In this document: positions 1 through 8,675 of the stretch, in pieces | How the letters are laid out: every line of letters begins with the position of its first letter | How positions within the stretch are numbered: the stretch's first letter is position 1 | Assembly: GCA_965221775.1 (NCBI GenBank) | Contig: CBDCSU010000006.1 | Coordinates: 512,001 to 576,000, forward strand | Reading direction: 5' to 3' | Origin: Candidatus Latescibacterota bacterium | Lineage (GTDB): Bacteria; Latescibacterota; UBA2968; UBA8231 | DNA: 64,000 bases | Translations under genes and position numbers: made by a program | Notes under the pieces: model-generated | Database searches by the model: none | What the model saw: the letters and a program-made list of their open reading frames with translations, nothing else | Told to the model about the DNA's origin: nothing

Positions 1-27
1 CCTTTCTGCTGGACCTGGCGGGGGTGG

Positions 28-225
28 TTGCGAAGTGACACCCGGAGATCCGCGTCCGGGAGCAAGCACCTCGACATCCGGCTCGACCCGGAGGCAAGAC
101 AGACGATGTTGCTTGAGCGCCAGGATGCCGAAGCGGTCTACGCTGCGCTCCTGCAGCCGCCAAGCATCAACGCCAGGCTGGCCGCGGCTCTGAAGGAGCA
201 TGATCGCCGGGTCTCGCCGGAGTGA
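28..225 (+). pseudogene. Internally deleted DUF1778 (TacA-like) antitoxin paralogue
   Basis: Aligns with 1901..2221 (IRLDPEAR / TM..R.D....ALLQPP..N..LAAALKEHDRRVS) but lacks 33 central residues; TTG start uncertain. Confidence 0.65.
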
Positions 226-255
226 GGCCCATCCTCTGTCGATCGCGTTGCTGCG

Positions 256-1059
256 GTGACTTCTGCTCTCGTTCTGGCTGCACTGATTCTCTCGGCTTGG
301 CCTGCCCTGGCACGTGCAAGCTCTGACAGTGGCCCGGACGTGACGCAGGACCCTTCTCCAGTCGACACCAGCAAGGTCAGGGTGGGCGCCACCGTGATCA
401 TCGTCTATGGGCTGGGGTTCCGTGATCCGCTCTCCGGCGAATGGCCCGGACTGGCCAGAGCGAAGGGGACGATTCAAGCCGTGAACGGGGAACGGTTGCT
501 GCTGGCCCTGGAGGGGCGGGACTCGGTGCAGCGGATCGACCTCGAGCGCATACAGGGGCTCGATCTTGCGGAGGCGCCTTCGGCCGGAGGCGCCATGGAG
601 GTCGTGGACACGGCTGCAGTCAGGTTCGCTCGTCCCCAGGTGGAGGGAGCGGAGCCCAGGAGGAGGGCGGGTGGTAAGCTGATCGCGGGCATGATCGGAG
701 GTCTTGCTGGCGGCTTCCTGGGCGCACACGCGGGCGAGGGGCTCGACGAGGATGGACTCGAAGGCGGCCTCCTGGGCCTGGCCACCGGCTATACCGTCGG
801 AACCGCATGTGGCGTGAGCATCCTCGATCCCCATGACCGGTTCATCTCTGCGGTGGCAGGCAGTGTGGCCGGACTCCTCCTCGGCGGTTGGATCGCGTAC
901 GCCTCGGACAATCGTTGGGGCCTGATCGTCGGCCCTCCTGTACTTGCGACAATGGCGTCGGAAATGTGGCGACCGGAGAGGGCGGAAGGAATCCGCCTCT
1001 CCGCGGGTCCGAGCTGCGGCCTTCGCGGCGTATCCGCAGGCGCCCGGGTCCGTTTCTGA
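256..1059 (+). CDS. Hypothetical exported/membrane protein with Gly-rich hydrophobic C-terminal helices
   Basis: N-terminal signal peptide (ALVLAALILSAWPALA); GGLAGGFLG/GGLLGLATG glycine-zipper-like segments; terminal Phe. Confidence 0.6.
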   Translation: MTSALVLAALILSAWPALARASSDSGPDVTQDPSPVDTSKVRVGATVIIVYGLGFRDPLSGEWPGLARAKGTIQAVNGERLLLALEGRDSVQRIDLERIQGLDLAEAPSAGGAMEVVDTAAVRFARPQVEGAEPRRRAGGKLIAGMIGGLAGGFLGAHAGEGLDEDGLEGGLLGLATGYTVGTACGVSILDPHDRFISAVAGSVAGLLLGGWIAYASDNRWGLIVGPPVLATMASEMWRPERAEGIRLSAGPSCGLRGVSAGARVRF

Positions 1060-1119
1060 AGGCGGAGTCCCGCCGGTGATGCTTTGACAGCAAATTGACG
1101 TGATGTCATTATTGCAGGC

Positions 1120-1398
1120 ATGAGAACGACGGTCACACTGGATGCGGATGTCGAGCAGCGTCTCAAGGAGGCCATGCGCAGGCAGGGCAAGGGGTTCAAG
1201 GAGACCCTGAACGATGCCCTGCGCAGGGGTCTGGGTCCGTCGGGCTCGGAATCGGAGGAGCGGCCCTTCGCGGTGGAGTCGCGTCCGCTCCGCCTTCGCA
1301 CCGGGCTCGACCCTGCCCGTCTGCGCGAGCTGGACGACGATCTGGAAATCGCCGAGTTCCTGCGGAAGACCGCGCGGCTGCAGGAACGCCGGGAGTGA
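1120..1398 (+). CDS. vapB: VapB-type antitoxin (ribbon-helix-helix)
   Basis: MRTTVTLDADV N-terminus; 4-nt GTGA overlap with the PIN toxin gene. Confidence 0.85.
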   Translation: MRTTVTLDADVEQRLKEAMRRQGKGFKETLNDALRRGLGPSGSESEERPFAVESRPLRLRTGLDPARLRELDDDLEIAEFLRKTARLQERRE

Positions 1399-1823
1399 TC
1401 ATCCCGGACGCCAACCTGCTGCTCTACGCCTACGACGAGGCGAGCGCGTTTCACCTGCGCGCCAAATCGTGGTGGAGCACCTGCCTTTCCGGGCCGGAGC
1501 CGGTCGGCCTGGTCGCCGTGGTTCTTTTCGCCTTCATACGAATCGGCACGAGCCCCAAGGTGTTCGAAACTCCCTTCTCCATCTCCGAAGCGGCCGAACA
1601 CGTCAAGAGATGGCTGGAGGCTCCGTCAACGGAGCTCCTGGCGGTGACTCGGGCCGATGTCGAGCAGGCCCTGGCGTGGCTGAACGAAGCCGGCTCGGGC
1701 GGCAACCTGACGACCGATGCCCAGATCGCCGCGGTCGCCAGGAGATGCCAGGCCCACGTCCACACCGCGGACACGGACTTCGCCCGCTTCCCGGGCGTTC
1801 GCTGGAAGAACCCCGTTCTCTGA
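1395..1823 (+). CDS. vapC: VapC PIN-domain ribonuclease toxin
   Basis: PDANLLLYA, TDAQIAAVA and HTADTDFARFPG PIN motifs; 142 aa. Confidence 0.9.
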   Translation: MIIPDANLLLYAYDEASAFHLRAKSWWSTCLSGPEPVGLVAVVLFAFIRIGTSPKVFETPFSISEAAEHVKRWLEAPSTELLAVTRADVEQALAWLNEAGSGGNLTTDAQIAAVARRCQAHVHTADTDFARFPGVRWKNPVL

Positions 1824-1900
1824 CTCGGAGACGTCATCGTGGCGGCCGTCCGAGCAGTCCGTCCGTGACAGGCACGGCGTTAACCCGGCGAGAGAGTGAC

Positions 1901-2221
1901 ATGACCCGGACGTCCACAGCCAGGAGCGAGCGCTTCAACATCCGCCTCGATTCGGAGGCCAGGAAGCGGATCGAGCAGGCCGCCAGCTTGGAGGGCAAGA
2001 CCGCGAGCAGCTTCATTCTGTCCAGTGCGCTGTCCCAGGCGGAGCGGACGATCCGGAGACACGAGACGATGGTGTTGAAGCGCCGGGATTCAGAGATCTT
2101 CTTCGACGCACTCCTCCAGCCGCCCCGGATGAACCCCGGACTTGCCGCGGCCTTGAAGGAACATGATCGCCGCGTCTCCCTGGACGAGGAGAAGGAGGAA
2201 CGGTGGCGCGCAACTCGCTGA
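1901..2221 (+). CDS. DUF1778 (TacA-like) RHH antitoxin
   Basis: ATG at 1901 inside ORF 1214..2221; RSERFNIRL...IEQAASLEGKTASSFILSSA...FFDALLQPP.NP.L signature. Confidence 0.8.
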   Translation: MTRTSTARSERFNIRLDSEARKRIEQAASLEGKTASSFILSSALSQAERTIRRHETMVLKRRDSEIFFDALLQPPRMNPGLAAALKEHDRRVSLDEEKEERWRATR

Positions 2222-3861
2222 CGGACAGGCCCGGGCAAAGGACGTGGTCCGAGGTTCATGAAGGACCCAGGCGTTTCTTCAACACGGCCGGTCCCATGAT
2301 CCCGGCGGATCACTACCACGTTCCCCCATTGGAGCGGCTCGACCTCGACGAGCTCCGGCGGCTGATCGAGCAGAAGCGCTACTTCGTGATGCACGCCCCC
2401 CGGCAGACGGGCAAGACCTCGGCCCTGCTTGCGCTTGTGGAAGAGCTCAACGGCAGCGGCCGGTATCGTTGCGTCTACGTGAACGTGGAGATCGGCCAGT
2501 CCGCCCGCGAGGACGTGGGGTCCGCCATGCGGGCGATCCTGAGCCAACTGGCTTCGCAGGCCGAACATGTCCTGGGCGATCGGAGCGTGAGAGAGGTCTT
2601 GCGCGAGGTGCGCGAAGACGCCGGCCCCCACGGCGTGCTGCAGGAGGTGCTGGGCCGCTGGGCCGCGGCCGACGCCAGGCCGCTGGTGCTGCTCATCGAC
2701 GAGATCGACGCGCTGATCGGCGACACCCTGCTGGCCGTCCTGCGGCAACTGCGCGCCGGCTACCCGGAGCGCCCGCGCCGGTTCCCGCAGAGCGTCGTCC
2801 TGTGTGGGGTGCGGGACGTGCGCGACTACCGCATCCACTCCAGCGCCGAGAACGCCGTCATCGCCGGCGGCAGCGCCTTCAACATCCGCGCCGAGTCCCT
2901 GCGCCTGGGCGACTTCACCGAGGGCGAGGCGCGCTCGCTGCTGGCGCAGCACACCGGGGAGACCGGCCAGGTCTTCACCGAGGAGGCCCGGGCCGCGATC
3001 TGGGAGCTGACCCGGGGCCAGCCTTGGCTAGTGAACGCGCTGGCGTACGAAGCCTGCTTCAGGAACAAGGAGGGCCGCGACCGCCGTCGGGCCATCACCG
3101 GCGAGGCGATCTTCGACGCCCGCGAGCAGCTCATCCTGCGCCGCGAGACCCACCTCGATCAACTCACGGACAAGCTGCAGGAGGAGCGCGTCCGGCGCGT
3201 CGTCGAACCCCTGCTGAGCGGTACCGAATCCGCCGAGCAAATCCCCATCGACGACCTGGACTACGTCCGCGACCTGGGCCTCGTGCGCCGGCAGGGACCG
3301 CCCGCAATCGCCAACCCCATCTACCAGGAGGTCATCCCCCGCGACCTCACCTACACCACGCAGGAGTACCTCCACCAGGATCCGGCCTGGTACGTGGATG
3401 GGGACGGCGCCTTGCGCGTCGCCGACCTGCTGGCCGCCTTTCAGGTCTTCTTCCGCGAGCACTCGGAGCACTGGGTCGAGCGGTTCGAGTACAAGGAAGC
3501 CGGTCCGCAGCTGCTCCTACAGGCGTTCCTGCAGCGCATCGTCAATGGCGGCGGCCGCATCGAGCGCGAGTACGGCCTGGGCCGGCGGCGCACGGACCTG
3601 CTGATTCTCTGGCCGCTGCCCGGGGAGGACCGGCCGGGTCAGGCGGTGCAGAAGGCCGTGGTCGAGTGCAAGTTGCTCTACAAGAGCCTGGAGCAGACCG
3701 TGAGCGAGGGTCTCGAACAGACCCGCGCGTACATGGATCGGTGCGCCGCCGAGGAGGGGCACCTCGTGGTCTTCGACCGCACGGCCGGCGTGTCGTGGGA
3801 GGACAGGATCTTCCGCCGCGACGACGCGGGGGAACCCAGGATCACGGTGTGGGGGATGTAG
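2203..3861 (+). CDS. AAA-family ATPase with C-terminal PD-(D/E)XK nuclease-like domain
   Basis: Walker A APRQTGKT, Walker B LLIDEID; C-terminal REYGLGRRRTDLLI...VVECK; AAGGAGG RBS before the GTG. Confidence 0.85.
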   Translation: MARNSLTDRPGQRTWSEVHEGPRRFFNTAGPMIPADHYHVPPLERLDLDELRRLIEQKRYFVMHAPRQTGKTSALLALVEELNGSGRYRCVYVNVEIGQSAREDVGSAMRAILSQLASQAEHVLGDRSVREVLREVREDAGPHGVLQEVLGRWAAADARPLVLLIDEIDALIGDTLLAVLRQLRAGYPERPRRFPQSVVLCGVRDVRDYRIHSSAENAVIAGGSAFNIRAESLRLGDFTEGEARSLLAQHTGETGQVFTEEARAAIWELTRGQPWLVNALAYEACFRNKEGRDRRRAITGEAIFDAREQLILRRETHLDQLTDKLQEERVRRVVEPLLSGTESAEQIPIDDLDYVRDLGLVRRQGPPAIANPIYQEVIPRDLTYTTQEYLHQDPAWYVDGDGALRVADLLAAFQVFFREHSEHWVERFEYKEAGPQLLLQAFLQRIVNGGGRIEREYGLGRRRTDLLILWPLPGEDRPGQAVQKAVVECKLLYKSLEQTVSEGLEQTRAYMDRCAAEEGHLVVFDRTAGVSWEDRIFRRDDAGEPRITVWGM

Positions 3862-3863
3862 CT

Positions 3864-3953
3864 CCGACGGCCTGCAGCGGCCTCCGGTCTCTGCTCTACC
3901 GCCTGAGCGTCGGCCGGAAGAGCCTCGTCGGAGAGGTGGTGCTCATCCGATGA
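3864..3953 (+). pseudogene. Remnant of the last strands of an FlgD-Ig/T9SS-like C-terminal domain
   Basis: With one frameshift reads AASGL-LYRLSVGRKSLVGEVVLIR*, matching the SGxYxYRL...K.VL.R* end of such domains. Confidence 0.5.
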
Positions 3954-3991
3954 GAAGTGGGAATGACGCCGACAGGATTGGGCACCCTTCG

Positions 3992-5149
3992 CTACCCAAA
4001 GGCCACCTCTTCCTCCAAGCTCGGCCAAGCCACCGTCAAGCCGTTCCAGCTTGCCAAGCGTTCACTGGCAGTCCCTGGCTCCCTCTCCTGTGAGTGACCC
4101 GCTCCGCTCGTTTCCAAAAGGTAGGCGAAGGAGAGTGAGGCAATCGCCCAATCGAGGTTGAACTCCTCCCGCACTCGCAGCAAGCGACGGCCATCTTCCG
4201 GATCACGTAACGGTAGTACGCCGAAAGGCCCCACAATTGCGGCGCAGCCAGGATCGAGCTCGACATCGTCTACAGACACCTTGACTGGCCTGAGACGCTC
4301 TACCCATTCCCCGAGGTACGCTGGTAGCACGGGTGCGGCAAGATCAACTTCATCCATGGCGTCATCAAGGTCGGCGTCGGGCCCCGGATATCCCATGCCT
4401 CTCAGGACGCCACTGACGTCGGCCTGATGAAGCAAGTCGCCGAGGTTCCGATAGTGCTCCTCGTCCAGCCGCTCTTCTTCTGAAGCCCGGGCCAGAAGGG
4501 TTGGCTCGCAGCCGTTGTCCTCGGTGCCCCATCGCGAAGCAACTGCCCAACGTCTGGCTGGCAGTCTCCGAGAATGATGGAAGACGGTTGTTCGATCAGT
4601 CTGCTGAAGGGCGGTCCTGAAGGTCTGAGGCGTCGACTGTGGGCCTCGCCAGGTCTTGCGCCCGCAATCAAAGGAGCCCTTGGCTTCGACGATCACCAGC
4701 CCGGAGTCATCCAGCCCGATCCAGTCCGCCTCCAGACCCCGGCTCGGGGGATCTTTCCGGATGCAATAGGGCGTGTGGCGGAACTCGCGTTTGGCCACAT
4801 CCAGCGGCACCAGGAAGCGAACGCCTTCACTCTTGCTCAAGTACGCCCGGGCCATGTAACGCCCGAGGAGGCTCGAGTAGGCGATTCGGGCATCCCGCCC
4901 TATGCCCGGTCCACGATCCCGCCAACGCAGACTCCCCGAGTTCGGGACCAGGAGTTGATGGAACAGATCAGTCCAGATCGATGCCAGATGAGGGGTCGCC
5001 GTGACCAGGGTTTCTCGAGCTGCGGCATTGCCGATCGTGGACAACATCAGGCTGTGCCATACCCCGGACATTCCAGGGTTGGACGGACTGCCACGGCGGA
5101 GCCAGATCGTGCGGCTTCCGGTCGTGGTCGTCTGCGGGCCGATGTCCAT
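3992..5149 (-). CDS. Hypothetical protein with PD-(D/E)XK-like motif
   Basis: ATG at 5149 (MDIGPQ), 11 nt after the ybaK stop; EADWIGLDDSGLVIVEAKG motif; visibly lower GC than flanks. Confidence 0.6.
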   Translation of the reverse strand: MDIGPQTTTTGSRTIWLRRGSPSNPGMSGVWHSLMLSTIGNAAARETLVTATPHLASIWTDLFHQLLVPNSGSLRWRDRGPGIGRDARIAYSSLLGRYMARAYLSKSEGVRFLVPLDVAKREFRHTPYCIRKDPPSRGLEADWIGLDDSGLVIVEAKGSFDCGRKTWRGPQSTPQTFRTALQQTDRTTVFHHSRRLPARRWAVASRWGTEDNGCEPTLLARASEEERLDEEHYRNLGDLLHQADVSGVLRGMGYPGPDADLDDAMDEVDLAAPVLPAYLGEWVERLRPVKVSVDDVELDPGCAAIVGPFGVLPLRDPEDGRRLLRVREEFNLDWAIASLSFAYLLETSGAGHSQEREPGTASERLASWNGLTVAWPSLEEEVAFG

Positions 5150-5160
5150 TCTGCACCCCC

Positions 5161-5634
5161 TTACTCCTTCGAGAACTCGAACACCTCCGCCCCCGCCACC
5201 TCGAGGTAGTCCCGCGAGGACAGGATCAGCGAGTCCGTGAGCGAGCCGGCGTTGAAGGCGATCCGGTCGTTGCGGGCGACGGAGGAATCCACGTAGAGCT
5301 CGAAGGGGGTGATCGGCTCGCCGAAGGGAGGCACCGCGCCGGGGACGAGGCCGGTGAGTTCGTGCAGCTCCTCCGGCGTGGCGAAGCGCAGCTTGCGGGC
5401 GCCGAAGTGCTTGCGGATCCGGCCGGCGTCCACCCTCAGGGCGGCGCTCAGCACGAAGAGCCTGAAGGTGTCGTCCACCTTGAGGAGCAGGGCCTTGCCG
5501 CCCACCGAGATGTCCTCGCCCCGGGCCCTGGCCGACTCCTCGGAGGTGGCGGTCGGCGGGTGGTGCACCTCCCGGTACGAGATCGAGCGGCTGTCGAGCC
5601 ACTCCTTGATGGCTGGAAAGTGATCGCTCTTCAT
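5161..5634 (-). CDS. YbaK/ProX-like aminoacyl-tRNA deacylase family protein
   Basis: HPPTATSEESA, GKALLLK, RFATPEEL, GAVPPFG and FNAGS motifs. Confidence 0.85.
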   Translation of the reverse strand: MKSDHFPAIKEWLDSRSISYREVHHPPTATSEESARARGEDISVGGKALLLKVDDTFRLFVLSAALRVDAGRIRKHFGARKLRFATPEELHELTGLVPGAVPPFGEPITPFELYVDSSVARNDRIAFNAGSLTDSLILSSRDYLEVAGAEVFEFSKE

Positions 5635-6236
5635 GCCTCATCCCCTGGTGAGTCCCCCCGCCGGTTGCGGTGCAGTGACTCGTCCACGGCGGCTGCCATG
5701 GCCCCCCGGTCGAGCCCGCCGCCGAGGAACCCGTCGATGGCGCGGGCGGACTCGGCGGGATCGGCCAGGATCCGCCCGTGGTCGAGGTGCAGCGTGTCGA
5801 AGTTGCCGGCCTCTTCGAGAAAGGCCTCGACCTCGCGCAGGTGATCGGCGAAGGCGCGGGTCATCTCCGCCTCGGGGACAGCGTCGGGATCCTCCCCGCG
5901 GCGCAGGAGCATCCGGCGCTGCGAGGCGAGCACCTCCTGCAAGTCGCGGTGGATGAGCAGCACCCGGTAGCGCAGGTCCCCCGGCAGGTGGCGCAACAGG
6001 AAGCTGATCACCTTGATCGCCTCCCCCTGGTGGGCCCGCATCCAGCCCTTGTCCCCCTCCTTGTCCAGCCGCCTGACGCGCTCCACCTCGAAGTAGCCCC
6101 GGGGGTTGTCCTCGTCGGCGGCGCGGATGCCGTCGGTGGCGCAGGTCAGGCCGCCGGCGCGCAGCATCTGCATGACCATGGAGGTCCCCGACCGGGGCAG
6201 ACCCGAGACGACGACCACCGGCTCTCCCTCGCGCAC
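5631..6236 (-). CDS. Sulfotransferase-family protein
   Basis: PAPS-binding loop VSGLPRSGTS; DNPRGYFE; RDLQEVLASQ. Confidence 0.8.
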   Translation of the reverse strand: MREGEPVVVVSGLPRSGTSMVMQMLRAGGLTCATDGIRAADEDNPRGYFEVERVRRLDKEGDKGWMRAHQGEAIKVISFLLRHLPGDLRYRVLLIHRDLQEVLASQRRMLLRRGEDPDAVPEAEMTRAFADHLREVEAFLEEAGNFDTLHLDHGRILADPAESARAIDGFLGGGLDRGAMAAAVDESLHRNRRGDSPGDEA

Positions 6237-6246
6237 GGGTCCGCCG

Positions 6247-8127
6247 CTATCGATGGAAGTAGCGGCGCACCTGCTCCGCCGGCGGCGGCGCCGTCAGCCG
6301 CGCGGCGATCCAGGTGGCGGCGAAGGAGACCAGGAGGCCGGCCAGGATCGGGTCCAGCTCCAGGGGGCGGACGGGGCGGAAGAAGCTGCCGTTGACGAAG
6401 GCGCCCGCCGCGTACAGGGCCAGGTGCGCGGCGAAGCCGGCGATCATGCCGGTCATGGCGCCGAAGGTGTTGACCCGCGGCCAGTAGAGGGCGAAGACCG
6501 TGGGCCCGAGGAAGCAGGCCGCCAGGCCGCTGCCGGTGTAGACGATGATGTCCTGCAAAAAGCGCGGCGGATCGACGGCGCCGGCCACGGCGCCGGCCCC
6601 CACGAGGCAGGTCACGGCATAGCTGAGCACGCGGATGCGCCCCTCGGCGGCGCCGGGGCGCAGGTTGCGCTGGTACACGTCGCGCACGAGGGCCGAGGAG
6701 ATCATCAGCAGGAAGCTGTCCACCGTGGACATGACGGCGGCGAAGGGGGCCGCCACCAGCAGGCCCCCGAGCCAGGCGAGGCCGGCGTTCTCGGTGACGA
6801 AGATCACCATGGCGGGCATGATGCGGTCGGACTCGGCCTCCATCCCCGGCAGCAGCACGCGGGCGCAGCAGAAGATGATCACCAGCGGGAAGTAGATGAG
6901 GGAGTAGTAGACGGTGACGGTGGCGATCGAGTGGCGGAGGGTTCGGGCGTCGCGGAAGGCCATGAGGCGCACGTAGTTGCCCGGCTGCCCGGTGCCCGCG
7001 ATGGCCCACATGATGAAGAAGGAGACGGCCAGACTCAGGGGCAGGAAGCCCTCGGGGTCGCCGGGGCTGGGTCCGGGGCCGCTCACGTAGGTGCCGGGCT
7101 GGCCGTCGCCGTAGGCGTAGGGATGAGTCTGCGGCTGGCGCAGGCGCAGCGACTCGGGGACCCACGCCGTGGCCGGATCCCCGGCAACCCGGCGGACCTG
7201 GGACTCCGAGGTCAGCTCCACCACCTCCACCCGCAGGCGCCGTTCCCCCGCCGGCAGGGTGGCGGCCCTGGAGATGCGGAAGAGGCGGCCGCTGTGCGGA
7301 TCCCCGTCGAGCCAGGCCCAGCTCCCCGCCGGCACCTGGGCCTCCCCTTCGGCCTCGGAGACCCGCTCCAGCTCCGCGGGTCCCAGCCGCGGCGGGGTCA
7401 TGCTCGCCAGCTCTCCCGTGGCGCGCTCGAGGCCGCCCACCTGGTGCAGGGTCAGCGGCAGCAGGATGACGACGCCGGCCACCATGACCACCCCCTGCAT
7501 GACGTCGGTCCAGACGACGGCGTGGAAGCCGCCGTAGGTGGTGTAGAGGACCACCACCGCTCCGAAGGCGAGGAGGCAGAGGAGGTACTCGGGATCGACC
7601 CCTCCCGGTCCGAGGTAGCCGCCGAGATCCGCCGCCAGGCCGTGAAAGGCGCCGACCCCGTCGAGGAGGGTCTTGAGGATCAGGCTGCCCGCCTTGAACT
7701 GGGCCACGAGGTTGAAGGCCATGAAGAACACGATGAGGCCCGTCGCCAGCAGGCCGAAGGCGGCGGAGTCGAAGCGGTCGCGGAAGATGTCGGGCACGGT
7801 GATGGCGCCGGACTTGCGCGCCACCTGGTTCAGGCGCTTGCCGAGGAGGCCCATCATGCAGATGGGCACCACCATGTAGCTGCCGATCCACAGGGCCAGC
7901 ACCCAGCCGTGGGTGTAGATCTTGGAGGGGAAGCCGGTGAAGGAGCCGCCCGAGGCCGAGGTGGCGGCGAAGGTGAGGGCGAAGGCCCACATGCCCAGGC
8001 TGCGGCTGCCGAGGAAGTACTCGCCGAGGAAGCTGCGCCGGCGCAGCAGGCGGTTGGCGACCACCGCCAGGACCAGGACCCCTGCCACGTAGAGGAGGAA
8101 GGCGGTGAGGGCGCCGCCGGCGCTCAT
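6247..8127 (-). CDS. Sodium:solute symporter (PanF/PutP-like)
   Basis: EYFLGSRSLG, SGGSFTG, YTTYGGFHAVVWTD and AAVMSTVDS motifs; many TM helices; ATG at 8127 overlaps the DUF997 stop. Confidence 0.9.
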   Translation of the reverse strand: MSAGGALTAFLLYVAGVLVLAVVANRLLRRRSFLGEYFLGSRSLGMWAFALTFAATSASGGSFTGFPSKIYTHGWVLALWIGSYMVVPICMMGLLGKRLNQVARKSGAITVPDIFRDRFDSAAFGLLATGLIVFFMAFNLVAQFKAGSLILKTLLDGVGAFHGLAADLGGYLGPGGVDPEYLLCLLAFGAVVVLYTTYGGFHAVVWTDVMQGVVMVAGVVILLPLTLHQVGGLERATGELASMTPPRLGPAELERVSEAEGEAQVPAGSWAWLDGDPHSGRLFRISRAATLPAGERRLRVEVVELTSESQVRRVAGDPATAWVPESLRLRQPQTHPYAYGDGQPGTYVSGPGPSPGDPEGFLPLSLAVSFFIMWAIAGTGQPGNYVRLMAFRDARTLRHSIATVTVYYSLIYFPLVIIFCCARVLLPGMEAESDRIMPAMVIFVTENAGLAWLGGLLVAAPFAAVMSTVDSFLLMISSALVRDVYQRNLRPGAAEGRIRVLSYAVTCLVGAGAVAGAVDPPRFLQDIIVYTGSGLAACFLGPTVFALYWPRVNTFGAMTGMIAGFAAHLALYAAGAFVNGSFFRPVRPLELDPILAGLLVSFAATWIAARLTAPPPAEQVRRYFHR

Positions 8128-8429
8128 GGCGTTCCCTCCTCCGGGGAGTCCCTTTCCTCCTGGTCCTCGCCGAGGTCGTCGTCGCCCATCACCCGCAGGC
8201 TGAACCACAGGGCGAAGGCGGAGGCCGCCCCCCAGGGGGCGGCAACGCCCCAGAGCACCCAGCGGGGGATGCCGGCCACCGTGGCCGTCCAGGCCGAGTC
8301 GCCGTACCCCGCCAGATAGCAGAAAGGCACCGTCCACAGCAGCGCTGCCACCCAGACGGCGAAGATGACGGCCGCCTCCCGCCGCGTGGAGCGGAAGGTC
8401 GGATCGAGGTCGGGGTCCCGGTGACGCAT
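8124..8429 (-). CDS. DUF997 (YhdT-like) small membrane protein
   Basis: TFRSTRREA...GIPRWV...DDDL pattern; two TM helices; directly upstream of the symporter as in yhdT-panF. Confidence 0.75.
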   Translation of the reverse strand: MRHRDPDLDPTFRSTRREAAVIFAVWVAALLWTVPFCYLAGYGDSAWTATVAGIPRWVLWGVAAPWGAASAFALWFSLRVMGDDDLGEDQEERDSPEEGTP

Positions 8430-8675
8430 GCGGTGCCGCCGGTGGTTAGCTTTTTTGGTTCGTCGCGGAGGTGGCCGAGGACCGGCACAAGCTGTTGGCC
8501 GCCTCCGCGGGTGTCAAACCCGCCACCGTGAGCGCTGGACATGGCGCCGACCACCCGCCGGGGCGCGATGAAATGGGCAGCCTCCTGACCGCACCGGCAG
8601 GTGTCTCGGCGGCGCCCGGCCCGCCGCCGGGTCCCGTGAGATCCGCTCCAACTGGAGTGACCGAGGAGGTGGGAC

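Noticed and set aside
1-5149. IS element or prophage explaining the accessory islet
   Set aside because: No transposase, integrase, terminal inverted repeats or phage genes recognised
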